From: an uncultured Acidimicrobiia bacterium | GTDB taxonomy: Bacteria; Actinomycetota; Acidimicrobiia; Acidimicrobiales; Ilumatobacteraceae | DNA: 64,000 nt | Reading direction: 5' to 3' | Assembly (NCBI GenBank): GCA_963750905.1 | Contig: CAVVSE010000004.1 | Span: 1,066-65,065 of the forward strand | In this document: positions 21,445 through 30,233 of the stretch, in pieces | Layout of the letters: every line of letters begins with the position of its first letter | How positions within the stretch are numbered: the first letter of the stretch is position 1 | Notes under the pieces: generated by a model | What the model saw: the letters and a program-made list of their open reading frames with translations, nothing else | Told to the model about the DNA's origin: nothing | Database searches by the model: none | Translations under genes and position numbers: made by a program

Positions 21445-21735
21445 GCGATCGCGGAGGAGCTCGTGGCTCGGGCCCGGGCGGAGGGGTCGATCTGGTCGGC
21501 CCTGGCGGGTTGTTGGGCGAGCTGACGAAGCGGATCCTGGAGACTGGGTTGGAGGTCGAGATGGATGAGCATCTCGGCTACTCGAAGCACGACTCGGCCG
21601 GTCGTAACGGCGGCAACTCGCGCAACGGGTCGCGGTCCAAGACGGTGCTGACCGAGGTCGGCCCAGTCGAGGTGGCGGTGCCGCGTGACCGTGACGGCAG
21701 CTTCGAGCCGGCGACGGTGCGCAAGCGGCAACGCG
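21394..21735 (+). mobile_element. IS256-family (mutator-type) transposase, N-terminal fragment only
   Basis: DDYDRDRDQAIAEELVARARAEG / slip / LLGELTKRILETGLEVEMDEHLGYSKHDSAGRNGGNSRNGSRSKTVLTEVGPVEVAVPRDRDGSFEP equals the first ~110 aa of IS256 transposases. Truncated near 21735, with a -1 slip near 21480. Confidence 0.7.
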
Positions 21736-21758
21736 CCGCCCGCCGCGTCGTCGAGAAC

Positions 21759-21945
21759 CGTCGGGCGTTCCGCAAGATGGTCCGCTGGCGAACCGGATGC
21801 GAAGGACGGATCAGCTGCGCCAAACGCGACTTCGGGCTCAACCGCACACGCATCGACGGACTCGGCGGCGCCCGAACCAGGTGCGGCCACGGCATCTTCG
21901 CCCACAACCTCGTGAAGATCAGCGGACTCCTCGAAGGACCGGACA
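21759..21945 (+). mobile_element. IS5/IS1182-group DDE transposase, C-terminal fragment
   Basis: FRKMVRWRTGCEGRISCAKRDFGLNRTRIDGLGGARTRCGHGIFAHNLVKI matches the conserved C-terminus of this IS group. It is fused in-frame to the IS256 fragment, and no DDE core is present. Confidence 0.5.
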
Positions 21946-22059
21946 AGCACACGATCGAACCTGGCGACCCGCCAGGCGAACCGAGTCGCCTGAATACGCA
22001 GATGCCGTCCGTCAGGCGTCTGACTCCACCGAGTTCTTCAGGGCGAAGTAGCTAGCGGG

Positions 22060-22180
22060 CGGGAACCATGACCGAACACGCCTGGGGAGTAGCCGGCGAA
22101 GCGGTGGATGCCGGTCGACGTGCAGATCGTCGGTGAGCGCTGACAGGTGCGGATGGGCGAGTTGTTGGCGCACCGACACC
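22060..22180 (-). mobile_element. Possible IS5/IS1182-group transposase N-terminal fragment (opposite strand)
   Basis: LTDDLHVDRHPPLRRL resembles the L-V-P-x-D-H-P-L-R-x-I N-terminal motif of that IS group. Short and weak. Confidence 0.3.
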
Positions 22181-22468
22181 GACTTCGTGCGCCTGCTGTC
22201 GTCCCTGGCCACAGGCTCCTCGAAGCCTGCCGACCCCCCGTCGATCGGCGCTCGTCGCCGAAGTTCTCAGCTGCTGGATCGCCGGCACGCTCCAGGCAGC
22301 GTCGAACTGCTTGTCGTACTCGCCAGCAGCTTCGTCGACACCCTCACGAACGACGACATCGAGGCCGTTGAGCTCAGACAGAACTTTTCGTGACCGCGCG
22401 CCGACTCGATGTCCCTTTAAGGAGTGGAGACGAGCGCGAAGCGCTCGAACGCGAGTTGGGAGGTCCGG

Positions 22469-22720
22469 ATGGATGGGCGTGCGCCACACGACGAGGGTGC
22501 GGACAAGCGGTTGTGCGACGTCGCGCAAGTGGCGTCGATGCTGGAGGTGACAGAGAGCTTCGTGCGCCGCCTCGTGGCGCGCCAGGAGATTCCGTTCTTC
22601 AAGATCGGCAAGTTCATCCGGTTCGACCCGGAAGAGATCTGGGTCTGGGTTCAGGAGAGCCGCTGCGGGGTCGTGCGCTGGGCATCGTTCACCCGCGATG
22701 GGCTCGCTCGTCGGGTGTAA
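22469..22720 (+). CDS. Excisionase-family helix-turn-helix protein (Xis-like)
   Basis: LCDVAQVASMLEVTESFVRRLVARQEIPFFKIGKFIRFDPEEIWVWV is a typical excisionase/MerR-like HTH. ATG 22469. It converges on the integrase and overlaps its 3' end by 32 nt. Confidence 0.6.
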   Translation: MDGRAPHDEGADKRLCDVAQVASMLEVTESFVRRLVARQEIPFFKIGKFIRFDPEEIWVWVQESRCGVVRWASFTRDGLARRV

Positions 22721-23786
22721 TGCGGTCGTGCATGGCCCGGGCGATCTCGGCGTCACGGTGGGCGGAAGCTTCCAGGTAGCGCAACGAGGCATCGCTGGTG
22801 GCGTGGCCCATGCGCGCCATAAGTTCCTTGACCGACGCCCCAGCGCTGGCGGCCGTCGTACTGGCCAGATGCCGCAGATCGTGGAAATGGACCGACGGAT
22901 CGACTCCAGACGAAACCTTGGCCCGGTTCCAGAACGGGGCGAAGTACCGGTAGAGGAGTGGGCTGCCTCGCACCGATGTGAACACCAAGGCGCCGGGCGC
23001 AGGATCGACGAAGACGGAGAGGTGCGTCCGCAAGACGTCGACGGCCCCGGTGGGAAGCGTCACCGATCGATGAGCGGTCGGGGTCTTCGGCGGACCGAGC
23101 GTCGGGCCCTCGCCGCGGACGAACGCCAGCGCCCGCTCGACACGGACCGTCGACCGTTCCAGATCGACGTGGGCTCGTGCGAGCCCGGTGAGCTCGCTGT
23201 AGCGGAGCCCGGAGGTCGCCGCCGTCCAGATCAACGCTCGGAACCGGGGCTCGATCTCGTCCGCAAGCCGCCGCACGTCGTCGTACGTGAGGGCGGGTCG
23301 TTGGTGCTGTTCTTCGGTGGCTGCTCCCTTGATGGCGACAGGGTTGGTTCGCAGCAAGCCGTCATCGACCGCCGTCGCCATGATCGTGCGGAACAGTCGG
23401 TACACCTTGGCCACGGTGTTCCTGGAGAGACCCGCGTTGTGCATCCGGCCGTACCACGACGGGGTCGATGTCGCGCAAGCGGACCGTGTCGAACGTCCGG
23501 AGGATCCATTTGAGCTGAGACTCGTAGGTCTCACGGGTGCGTGGACGCAGGTCACGCTCGCCGAGCCACAGCTGAGCGTAAGGGCCGAAGCGTTCCGTGC
23601 CAGCTCGCGGGTCGACATGATCGCCGCGTTTCAGATCGGTCTCGACCGACACAGCCAGGCCCGGGCGGCCTTCTTGGTGGGGAACGTGACGCCGGCCGAA
23701 ACCTGGTCGCCGAGATGCCAGTACCGCGCCTGGTAGCGGCCGCTGGGGAGCTGGCGGATCGTGCCGAACTGCCGTGCTGTGCTCAC
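22689..23786 (-). pseudogene. int: Tyrosine recombinase / phage-type integrase, at least 2 frameshifts
   Basis: Three frames are needed. 23786 to ~23650: GTIRQLPSGRYQARYW..TFPTKKAARAWL. ~23650 to ~23465: VETDLKRGDHVDPRAG..YAQLWL..LRPRTRETYESQLKWIL. ~23465 to 22689: TGLRYSELTGL, HFHDLRHLAST, MGHATSDASLRYLE. Lies 130 nt from the tRNA 3' end. Confidence 0.8.
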
Positions 23787-23810
23787 CTGTGCCTCGCTGC
23801 ACCGGGATGT

Positions 23811-23830
23811 TGTAGGCACGCTGTAGGCAC
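23811..23830. repeat. Direct repeat TGTAGGCAC-GC-TGTAGGCAC between integrase start and tRNA
   Basis: Two perfect 9-mers 2 nt apart, read directly from the sequence. The position suits an arm-type recombinase binding site or promoter element. Confidence 0.4.
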
Positions 23831-23916
23831 ATTCGCAGAGTAGTCTCGATGCGGAACGAACCGGAGCCAGTCCGAACATGGCCCATGAGCAGGACGTTTG
23901 TCCAGAAAGGACGGAG

Positions 23917-23987
23917 AGCGGATGAGGGGAATCGAACCCCCGTATTCAGCTTGGGAAGCTGATGTTCTGCCATTGAACTACATCCGC
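23917..23987 (-). tRNA. tRNA-Gly (anticodon CCC)
   Basis: 71-nt cloverleaf on minus strand: GCGGATG-TA-GTTC-AATGGCA-GAAC-A-TCAGC-TTCCCAA-GCTGA-ATAC-GGGGG-TTCGATT-CCCCT-CATCCGC-T. All stems pair. CCA not encoded. Confidence 0.9.
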
Positions 23988-24054
23988 GAGCGGGCCACAG
24001 GGTAGCGGGCCGGTGGCCCGGTGACGATCGGAGGGCGCTGACTAGGGTGCACCC

Positions 24055-24618
24055 GTGATCCTGTCGGACCGCAGCCTCCGCGAGGCGATCGAGACGGGCC
24101 GGATCGTCGTCGATCCGTTCGACCCGACGACCGTGCAGCCGTCGTCGATCGACGTCCGGGTCGACCGCCTGTTCCGGGTCTTCCGCAACCACACGGCAGG
24201 CGTCATCGACGTGAAGCAGGACCTCACCGGGCTGACGGAGCTCGTCGAGATCGCCCCCGAGGGGGTCTTCATGCTGCACCCGGGCGAGTTCGTGCTGGGA
24301 TCGACCCTCGAACGGGTGGCGGTGCCCGACGACCTGGTCGCCCGCATCGAGGGCAAGTCGAGCCTCGGGCGCCTCGGTCTGCTGATCCACTCCACGGCGG
24401 GCTTCATCGACGCCGGGTTCGACGGCCACGTGACGCTGGAGCTGGCCAACGTCGCCAGCTTGCCGATCACGATCTACCCGGGCATGAAGATCGGTCAGAT
24501 CAGCTTCATGCAGATGACCACGCCGGCCGAGCGGCCCTACGGCAAGGGCGCCACCGGGTCGAAGTACCAGGGCCAGCGCGGCCCGACGCCGAGCCGGTAC
24601 TTCGAGAACTTCCGCTAG
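24055..24618 (+). CDS. dcd: dCTP deaminase
   Basis: GTG start. [20 protein letters not shown]...[43 protein letters not shown], and the [13 protein letters not shown] tail are all diagnostic of Dcd. Confidence 0.9.
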   Translation: MILSDRSLREAIETGRIVVDPFDPTTVQPSSIDVRVDRLFRVFRNHTAGVIDVKQDLTGLTELVEIAPEGVFMLHPGEFVLGSTLERVAVPDDLVARIEGKSSLGRLGLLIHSTAGFIDAGFDGHVTLELANVASLPITIYPGMKIGQISFMQMTTPAERPYGKGATGSKYQGQRGPTPSRYFENFR

Positions 24619-24674
24619 CGCGGTCGGCCGGTCGGGGATTGCCGGGGCGGGGCGGCGGGTAGCGCAGGCGCCGC

Positions 24675-25682
24675 ATGCCGCGGTTGCGCCGAGTCCATCC
24701 CGACGACCCGGGTTGGTCGCGCCGCAAGCGGGGGACCGGCTTCGTGTACCTCGACGCGGCGGGCGACACGTTGCCGGCCGAGGACGTCGCCCGGTGCAAG
24801 GCGCTCGTCATCCCGCCGGCATGGACGGAGGTGTGGATCTGCCCGGCGCCGAACGGGCACATCCAGGCGGTCGGCACGGACGATGCGGGTCGCCGGCAGT
24901 ACCTCTACCACCCGACGTGGCGCGAGCAGCGCGACAGGGCCAAGCACGAGCGCGTGCTCACCGTCGCCAGGCGGTTGCCGCACGCGCGCGAGGTCGTGGC
25001 GGAGCACCTCGCCCTCCCCGGCATGCCCCGCGAGCGGGCGCTCGGCACGGCGTTCCGGCTCCTCGACCTCGGCTTCTTCCGCGTCGGCGGCGAGCAGTAC
25101 GCCGAGGACAACGGCAGCTACGGGTTGGCCACGATCGAGAAGCAGCACGTCCACGTGAGCGGCGACGAGGTCGTGTTCGACTACCCGGCGAAGTCGGGTC
25201 AGGAGCGGCTCGTGGCCGTCGCCGACGCGGCGGTGCGCGACGCGGTGTCGGCGCTGCGATCGCGCCGTGGCGGGAGCAAGGAGCTGCTCGCCTTCCGCGA
25301 CGGCTCGCGCTGGCGGGACATCTCGTCGACCGACATCAACCAGTACGTCAAGGACGTCGTCGGCGGCGAGGTGTCGGCGAAGGACTTCCGGACGTGGCAC
25401 GGCACGGTGCTGGCGGCGGTGGCGCTCGCCGAGCGGCTCGACGACGCCGGCTCGCCGACGCGGCGCAAGCGAGCCGTGCGCGCCGCGATGGCCGATGTCG
25501 CGCAGTACCTCGGCAACACCCCGACCGTGGCCCGTGGCTCCTACGTCGACCCGCGCGTCATCGACGCCTACGAGTCGGGGGCGACCATCGCGCCGACGTT
25601 GCGACGGCTCGGCGACCGCCGGCGCGTGCCGGAGTCGTCGCGCGACGCGATCGAGCGCGCCGTGCTCCGATTGCTGCGGTAG
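24675..25682 (+). CDS. DNA topoisomerase IB (poxvirus-like bacterial TopIB)
   Basis: IPPAWTEVWICP, GRRQYLYHPTWREQRD, GLATIEKQHV, AKDFRTWHGT, LGNTPTVARGSYVDP (catalytic Tyr context). Confidence 0.85.
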   Translation: MPRLRRVHPDDPGWSRRKRGTGFVYLDAAGDTLPAEDVARCKALVIPPAWTEVWICPAPNGHIQAVGTDDAGRRQYLYHPTWREQRDRAKHERVLTVARRLPHAREVVAEHLALPGMPRERALGTAFRLLDLGFFRVGGEQYAEDNGSYGLATIEKQHVHVSGDEVVFDYPAKSGQERLVAVADAAVRDAVSALRSRRGGSKELLAFRDGSRWRDISSTDINQYVKDVVGGEVSAKDFRTWHGTVLAAVALAERLDDAGSPTRRKRAVRAAMADVAQYLGNTPTVARGSYVDPRVIDAYESGATIAPTLRRLGDRRRVPESSRDAIERAVLRLLR

Positions 25683-25718
25683 CGCCATCCGCGCCGCCGC
25701 CCGCGTCGAACGCGCGGG

Positions 25719-27335
25719 GTGACCACCCAGGACGTCTTGCCCACCGATGCCGGCGCGCCACCGCCCGCGGCCCGCCCGTCGGTCGCTCGCCCGAGCCGCA
25801 CGTTCGCCGTCCTCGCCGGGCTCGTCACGGCCGGCGTCGCGCTCGCCGTGCGCCGAGCTGCTCGCCGGCTCGGAACGGACGTGGCGCTCACCGGTGCTCG
25901 ACGTCGGCGACCGGCTCATCGACGCCGCGCCACCGTTCGTCAAGGAGTTCGCGATCGACACGTTCGGCACGAACGACAAGCCGGCGTTGCTGATCGGCAT
26001 CGGCGCGTTCCTGGCCGTCTACGCCGCCATCGTCGGCGTCGTCGCCCTGCGCCACCGGCTCGTGCTCGGCGTCGTCGGGATCGGCCTGTTCGGGGTCATC
26101 GGCGTCTGGGCGGCCTCGAGCCGGCGGGCGTCGACACCGTGGCACGCCGTGCTGCCGAGCGTGCTCGGCGCCGCCGCCGGGATTGCAGCCCTCGTGCTGA
26201 TCGATCGGTCGTTGCATCGTCAACCGGTCGACCACATGCGTGCGACGGGCAGTGCGACCGGGCGGCGCCAGTTCCTGCAGCGCTCGGGGACGCTGCTCGG
26301 CGGCCTGGCGATCGGCGCTGCTGCCGCCGGCTCCCTCGGACGTTGGCTCGGGCAGCGCTTCACGGCGACCGAGTCGCGCGCCGCGGTCCGCCTGCCGGCA
26401 GCGGGCGAGCCACTGGCGCCGCTGCCCGCCGGGGTGATGGTCGATGCGCCGGCGATGACACCGTTCGTGACGCCGAACGCCGACTTCTACCGCATCGACA
26501 CCGCCCTGACGGCGCCGCAGGTCCGCACCGAGGACTACTCGCTGCGCATCCACGGCATGGTCGATGACGAGCTCGAGCTGTCCTACGCGGACCTCCTCGC
26601 CCGGCCGATGATCGAGCGTGACATCACCCTGACGTGCGTGTCGAACGAGGTCGGCGGCCGATACGTCGGCAACGCGCGATGGCTCGGCACGCCGCTCGCC
26701 GACCTGTTGGCCGAGGTCGGTGTGCGCTCCGGCGCCGACCAGCTCGTCGGGCGGTCGGTCGACGGCTACGCGTGCGGCTTCCCGGTCGGCGGACGCGCTC
26801 GACGGGCGCGACGCCCTCGTCGTCGTGGGCATGAACGGCGAGCCGCTCCCGATCGAGCACGGCTTCCCCGTGCGCCTCGTCGTGCCCGGGCTCTACGGCT
26901 ACGTCTCGGCGACGAAGTGGCTCACCGAGATCGAGCTCACGACGTTCGCCGACTTCGACCACTACTGGGTTCGCCGCGGCTGGGCGCAGCGGGCCCCGAT
27001 CAAGCTGATGAGCCGGATCGACACGCCCCGGGGTCTCGGCAAGGTCACGGCCGGGACCGTGCCGATCGCCGGTGTCGCCTGGGCCCAGACGATCGGGATC
27101 GGGGCCGTCGAGGTGCGGATCGACGACGGCGGGTGGCAACCGGCGCAGCTCGGCGACGTCACGACGACGGACACGTGGCGCCAATGGTTGCTTCCGTGGG
27201 AAGCGACGGCCGGTCGCCACACGATCACCGTGCGGGCCACCGACGCGAACGGCGCAATCCAGACCGACGAGCCGCGCCGAACCTATTCCCGACGGTGCAT
27301 CTGGTCTCCACCAGATCGTCGTGATCGTCACGTGA
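25719..27335 (+). CDS. Membrane-anchored molybdopterin oxidoreductase (sulfite-oxidase fold); 3 apparent +1 frameshifts (~25851, ~26789, ~27277)
   Basis: Four successive frames join into one protein. N-terminal TM region: FAIDTFGTNDKPALLIGIG. Then TAT-like RRQFLQRSG, FYRIDTAL, ITLTCVSNEVGG, VVGMNGEPLPIEHGFPVRLVVPGLYGYVSATKWL, and Ig-like C-terminus ..PIPDGASGLHQIVVIVT. Confidence 0.75.
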
Positions 27336-27378
27336 TCGCCCACCACCGTCCGTGAACACCCGAAAGGAACCCCTCCCC

Positions 27379-28599
27379 ATGAGGACTCGTCATTCCCGCG
27401 CTCGTGCGGCCGCCCTGGCCGCGATCGCTTCCCTCACCCTTGCTGCCGCCGCCTGCGGCGGTGACGACGACGATGCGGCCGGCGCCTCCCCGGCGGCGAC
27501 CGACGCTGCCGGCACCACGCCGATGGCCACCGACTCGATGACCACCGAGCCGATGGGCACCGAGCCGATGGCGACGGACGGCGACATGATGGGCGCCTCC
27601 GGACCGGCCTGCGGCTCGCTGCCCGCCGACGGCGAGGGCAGCCTCGCCGGGATGGCCGACGATCCCGCCGCCACCGCGGCGAGCAACAACCCCGAGCTGT
27701 CGACGCTCGTCGCGGCGGTCACCGAGGCCGGGCTCGTCGACACGCTCAACGGTCCCGGTCCGTTCACGATCTTCGCCCCGGTCAACGCGGCCTTCGAGAA
27801 GATCCCGTCCGCCGACCTCGACGCCGTGCTCGCCGACACCGACCTGCTGACGTCGATCCTCACCTACCACGTCGTGCCCGAGCAGCTGTCGAGCAGCGAG
27901 CTCGCCGACGCCGGCACGGTCGCCACCGTGAACGGCGCCGAGCTGGAGATCACGATGGACGGCGACACGCTGATGGTCAACGGCGACGAGGCCACGGTCG
28001 TCTGTGCCGACGTGCCGACGGCGAACGCGACCGTGTTCCTGATCGACTCCGTGCTGATGCCGCCGATGGACGGCGCCACGACGGCCACCACGGCGCCCGC
28101 CGAGGGCGCCGCGATGATGGAGCCGAGCGGTCCCGCCTGCGCCTCCCTGCCCGCCGACGGTGAGGGCAGCCTGGCCGGGATGGCCGACGATCCGGCGGCC
28201 ACGGCCGCCAGCAACAACCCGGAGCTGACGACGCTCGTGGCTGCGGTCCAGGCCGCCGGCCTCGTCGACACGCTGAACAGCGAGGGCCCGTTCACGATCT
28301 TCGCCCCGGTCAACTCGGCGTTCGAGAAGATCCCGCAGGCCGACCTCGACGCCGTGCTGGCGGACACCGACCTGCTGACGAGCATCCTCGCCTACCACGT
28401 CGTCCCCGAGCAGCTGAACAGCGAGCAGCTCGTCGCCGCCGGCACCCTGCCGACGGTCAACGGCGCCGAGCTCACGGTCGCCATGGACGGCGACACGATC
28501 ACGGTCAACGACGGCGCGGCGATGGTCGCCTGCGCCGACATCCCGACCGCCAACGCCACGGTGTACCTGATCGACACCGTCCTCATGCCGCCTGCCTGA
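27379..28599 (+). CDS. Lipoprotein with two tandem fasciclin (FAS1) domains (MPT70/MPT83-like)
   Basis: ATG 27379 after GAAAGGAA. Lipobox LTLAAAAC. Two ~160-aa FAS1 units (27589-28068 and 28117-28596, ~80% identical by eye) with NNPEL.TLVAAV, GPFTIFAPVN.AFEKIP, YHVVPEQL, TANATV.LIDSVLMPP. Confidence 0.85.
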   Translation: MRTRHSRARAAALAAIASLTLAAAACGGDDDDAAGASPAATDAAGTTPMATDSMTTEPMGTEPMATDGDMMGASGPACGSLPADGEGSLAGMADDPAATAASNNPELSTLVAAVTEAGLVDTLNGPGPFTIFAPVNAAFEKIPSADLDAVLADTDLLTSILTYHVVPEQLSSSELADAGTVATVNGAELEITMDGDTLMVNGDEATVVCADVPTANATVFLIDSVLMPPMDGATTATTAPAEGAAMMEPSGPACASLPADGEGSLAGMADDPAATAASNNPELTTLVAAVQAAGLVDTLNSEGPFTIFAPVNSAFEKIPQADLDAVLADTDLLTSILAYHVVPEQLNSEQLVAAGTLPTVNGAELTVAMDGDTITVNDGAAMVACADIPTANATVYLIDTVLMPPA

Positions 28600-28662
28600 C
28601 CTCTCCCGGGACAGACGGGCCCGGTCCGGTGGCGTGAAGCCGTCGGGCCGGCACCACGACGA

Positions 28663-28690
28663 CAGCGAGGGATCTGCGGATCCCTCGCTG
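28663..28690 (+). terminator. GC-rich hairpin downstream of FAS1 gene
   Basis: CAGCGAGGGATC-TGCG-GATCCCTCGCTG: perfect 12-bp stem with a 4-nt loop, 64 nt after the stop. No U-tract, as is common in high-GC actinobacteria. Confidence 0.5.
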
Positions 28691-28867
28691 CCGCGCGTCC
28701 GGGACGCTGCCGGGCCGACGCCGGGCATCCGTGCGCTGCCGCAGCTCCGAACCCTCTGCGTGCTCGCCCTGACCGCGCCGATCGACGTGCCGTTCCACGG
28801 CTGGCGTCGCGCGGCGCGTCCGGCATGCGCGGCCGAGCCCGCTCCCATCTGCCACATTGGTGCACGC

Positions 28868-29414
28868 GTGGACCAGGACCTGACGACGTACATCGCCAGG
28901 GTCGCCGACGGCGATCAGGCCGCGTTCGCGTCGCTGTACGACCTCCTGGCGCCGTCCGTCTACGGCGTCGTGCGCCGGGTGCTGCGCGACCCGTCCCAGG
29001 CCGAGGAGGTCACGCAGGAGATCTTCGTGGAGATCTGGCGGCAGGCGGCCCGCTTCGACCCGTCCCGGGCGAGCGTCCGCACGTGGGCGGTCATGATCGC
29101 TCATCGCCGCGCCGTCGACCGTGTGCGCAGCGAGCAGTCGCACCGTGACCGGCAGGCGTCCGTCGGCGCCGCCTCGCTCGAGATCCCGCCGACGCCGGAG
29201 GACGACGCCATCGACGCCGACGACCGCTCCCGGGCGCGCGCCGCGATGGCCTCGCTGCCGGCCGCGCAGCGCGAAGCGCTCGAGCTCGCCTTCTACGACG
29301 GGCTGACGCACGTCCAGATCGCCGACCGGCTCGGTGTCGCGCTCGGCACCGTCGAAGACGCGGATCAGGGACGGCCTGATCCGGCTGCGGACCACGATGG
29401 GGGGCTCGTCATGA
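28868..29414 (+). CDS. sigK: ECF sigma factor, SigK-like; apparent +1 frameshift near 29354
   Basis: GTG 28868. FASLYDLLAPSVYGVVRRVLRDPSQAEEVTQEIFVEIWRQAARFDP, TWAVMIAHRRAVDRVR, LPAAQREALELAFYDGLTHVQIADRLGVALGTV. After removing one base it continues KTRIRDGLIRLRTTMGGSS-stop, overlapping the next ATG (ATGA). Confidence 0.8.
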
Positions 29415-30159
29415 CCGACGACGAGCTGCGCGAGCAACTGGCCCTCCTCGCCGTCGGTGCCCTCACCGACGAGGAGCGAACGGAGCTGGAGGACGTGCTG
29501 CGCACCCGACCCGATCTGCAAGCCGAGCTCGACGATCTGCAGGCCGCAGCCGCCGTCCTCGCCGACGCGGTCCCAGCGCCGCCACCGCCGGCGCTGCGCG
29601 CCAGCATCCTCGACGCCATCGCCGACACGCCGCAGCTGCCGCGTGCGACGGCGCCGGGCCGCCGGCCGCTCCGGCCGACGACGAGGCCCGGTCGCGCCCG
29701 TCGTGCCGATCGGCGCCGGCCGCCGCCGTCGCTTCGTCGCCCTCGGCGCGGCCGCCGCGGCCGTCATCGCGATCGTGGTCGGCGTGCTCGTCGTGTCGCC
29801 GTGGAGCGGTGGCGAGTCCGATCCAGTCGCCGCCGTCGTCGACGCGCCCGACGCCGTGACGATCCCGATGCCCGGCGAGCTGCCGGGGCTGACGATCGTG
29901 CACTCGGCGTCGGAGGACGCCGCCGTGCTGCTCGCCGACGACGTTCCCGTGCCCGAGGGCGACCGGGTCTACGAGCTGTGGGCGATCCGCGACGGCACGC
30001 CCGAGCGCTTCGCCACGTTCCGTCCCCGACGAGGACGGCACGCTCAGCGTCTATGCCGCCGGGCTCGACCCGGCGAGCGCCGAGGTGTGGGCGATCACCG
30101 AGGAGCCGGCCGGCGGCAGCGACACCCCGACGCCGCCCATCCTCAACGCGACGGCGTAG
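29411..30159 (+). CDS. rskA: Anti-sigma-K factor RskA-like (single TM); 2 apparent +1 frameshifts (~29680, ~30025)
   Basis: MTDDELREQLALLAVGALTDEERTELEDVL..; TM segment FVALGAAAAAVIAIVVGVLVV; C-terminal RskA domain DRVYELWAIRDGTPERFATFRP / DEDGTLSVYAAGLDPASAEVWAITEEPAGGSDTPTPPIL. Confidence 0.7.
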
Positions 30160-30181
30160 CCCGCCCGACCGCTTCTGACAC

Positions 30182-30210
30182 GACTTCGGTGGTCTCCGAC
30201 CACTGAAGTC
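30182..30210. terminator. Hairpin between convergent rskA and Fe-S reductase genes
   Basis: GACTTCGGTGGTC-TCC-GACCACTGAAGTC: 13-bp stem with one G-T pair. Sits between the two predicted stops (30159 and 30234). Confidence 0.5.
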
Positions 30211-30233
30211 TCCGAAGAACCGGGCGGTTCCGG

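Noticed and set aside
22052-22792. 246-aa minus-strand ORF overlapping the Xis-like gene; considered as a replication or transfer protein.
   Set aside because: It contains no recognisable motifs, overlaps the better-supported Xis frame, and is mostly Arg/Ala-rich.
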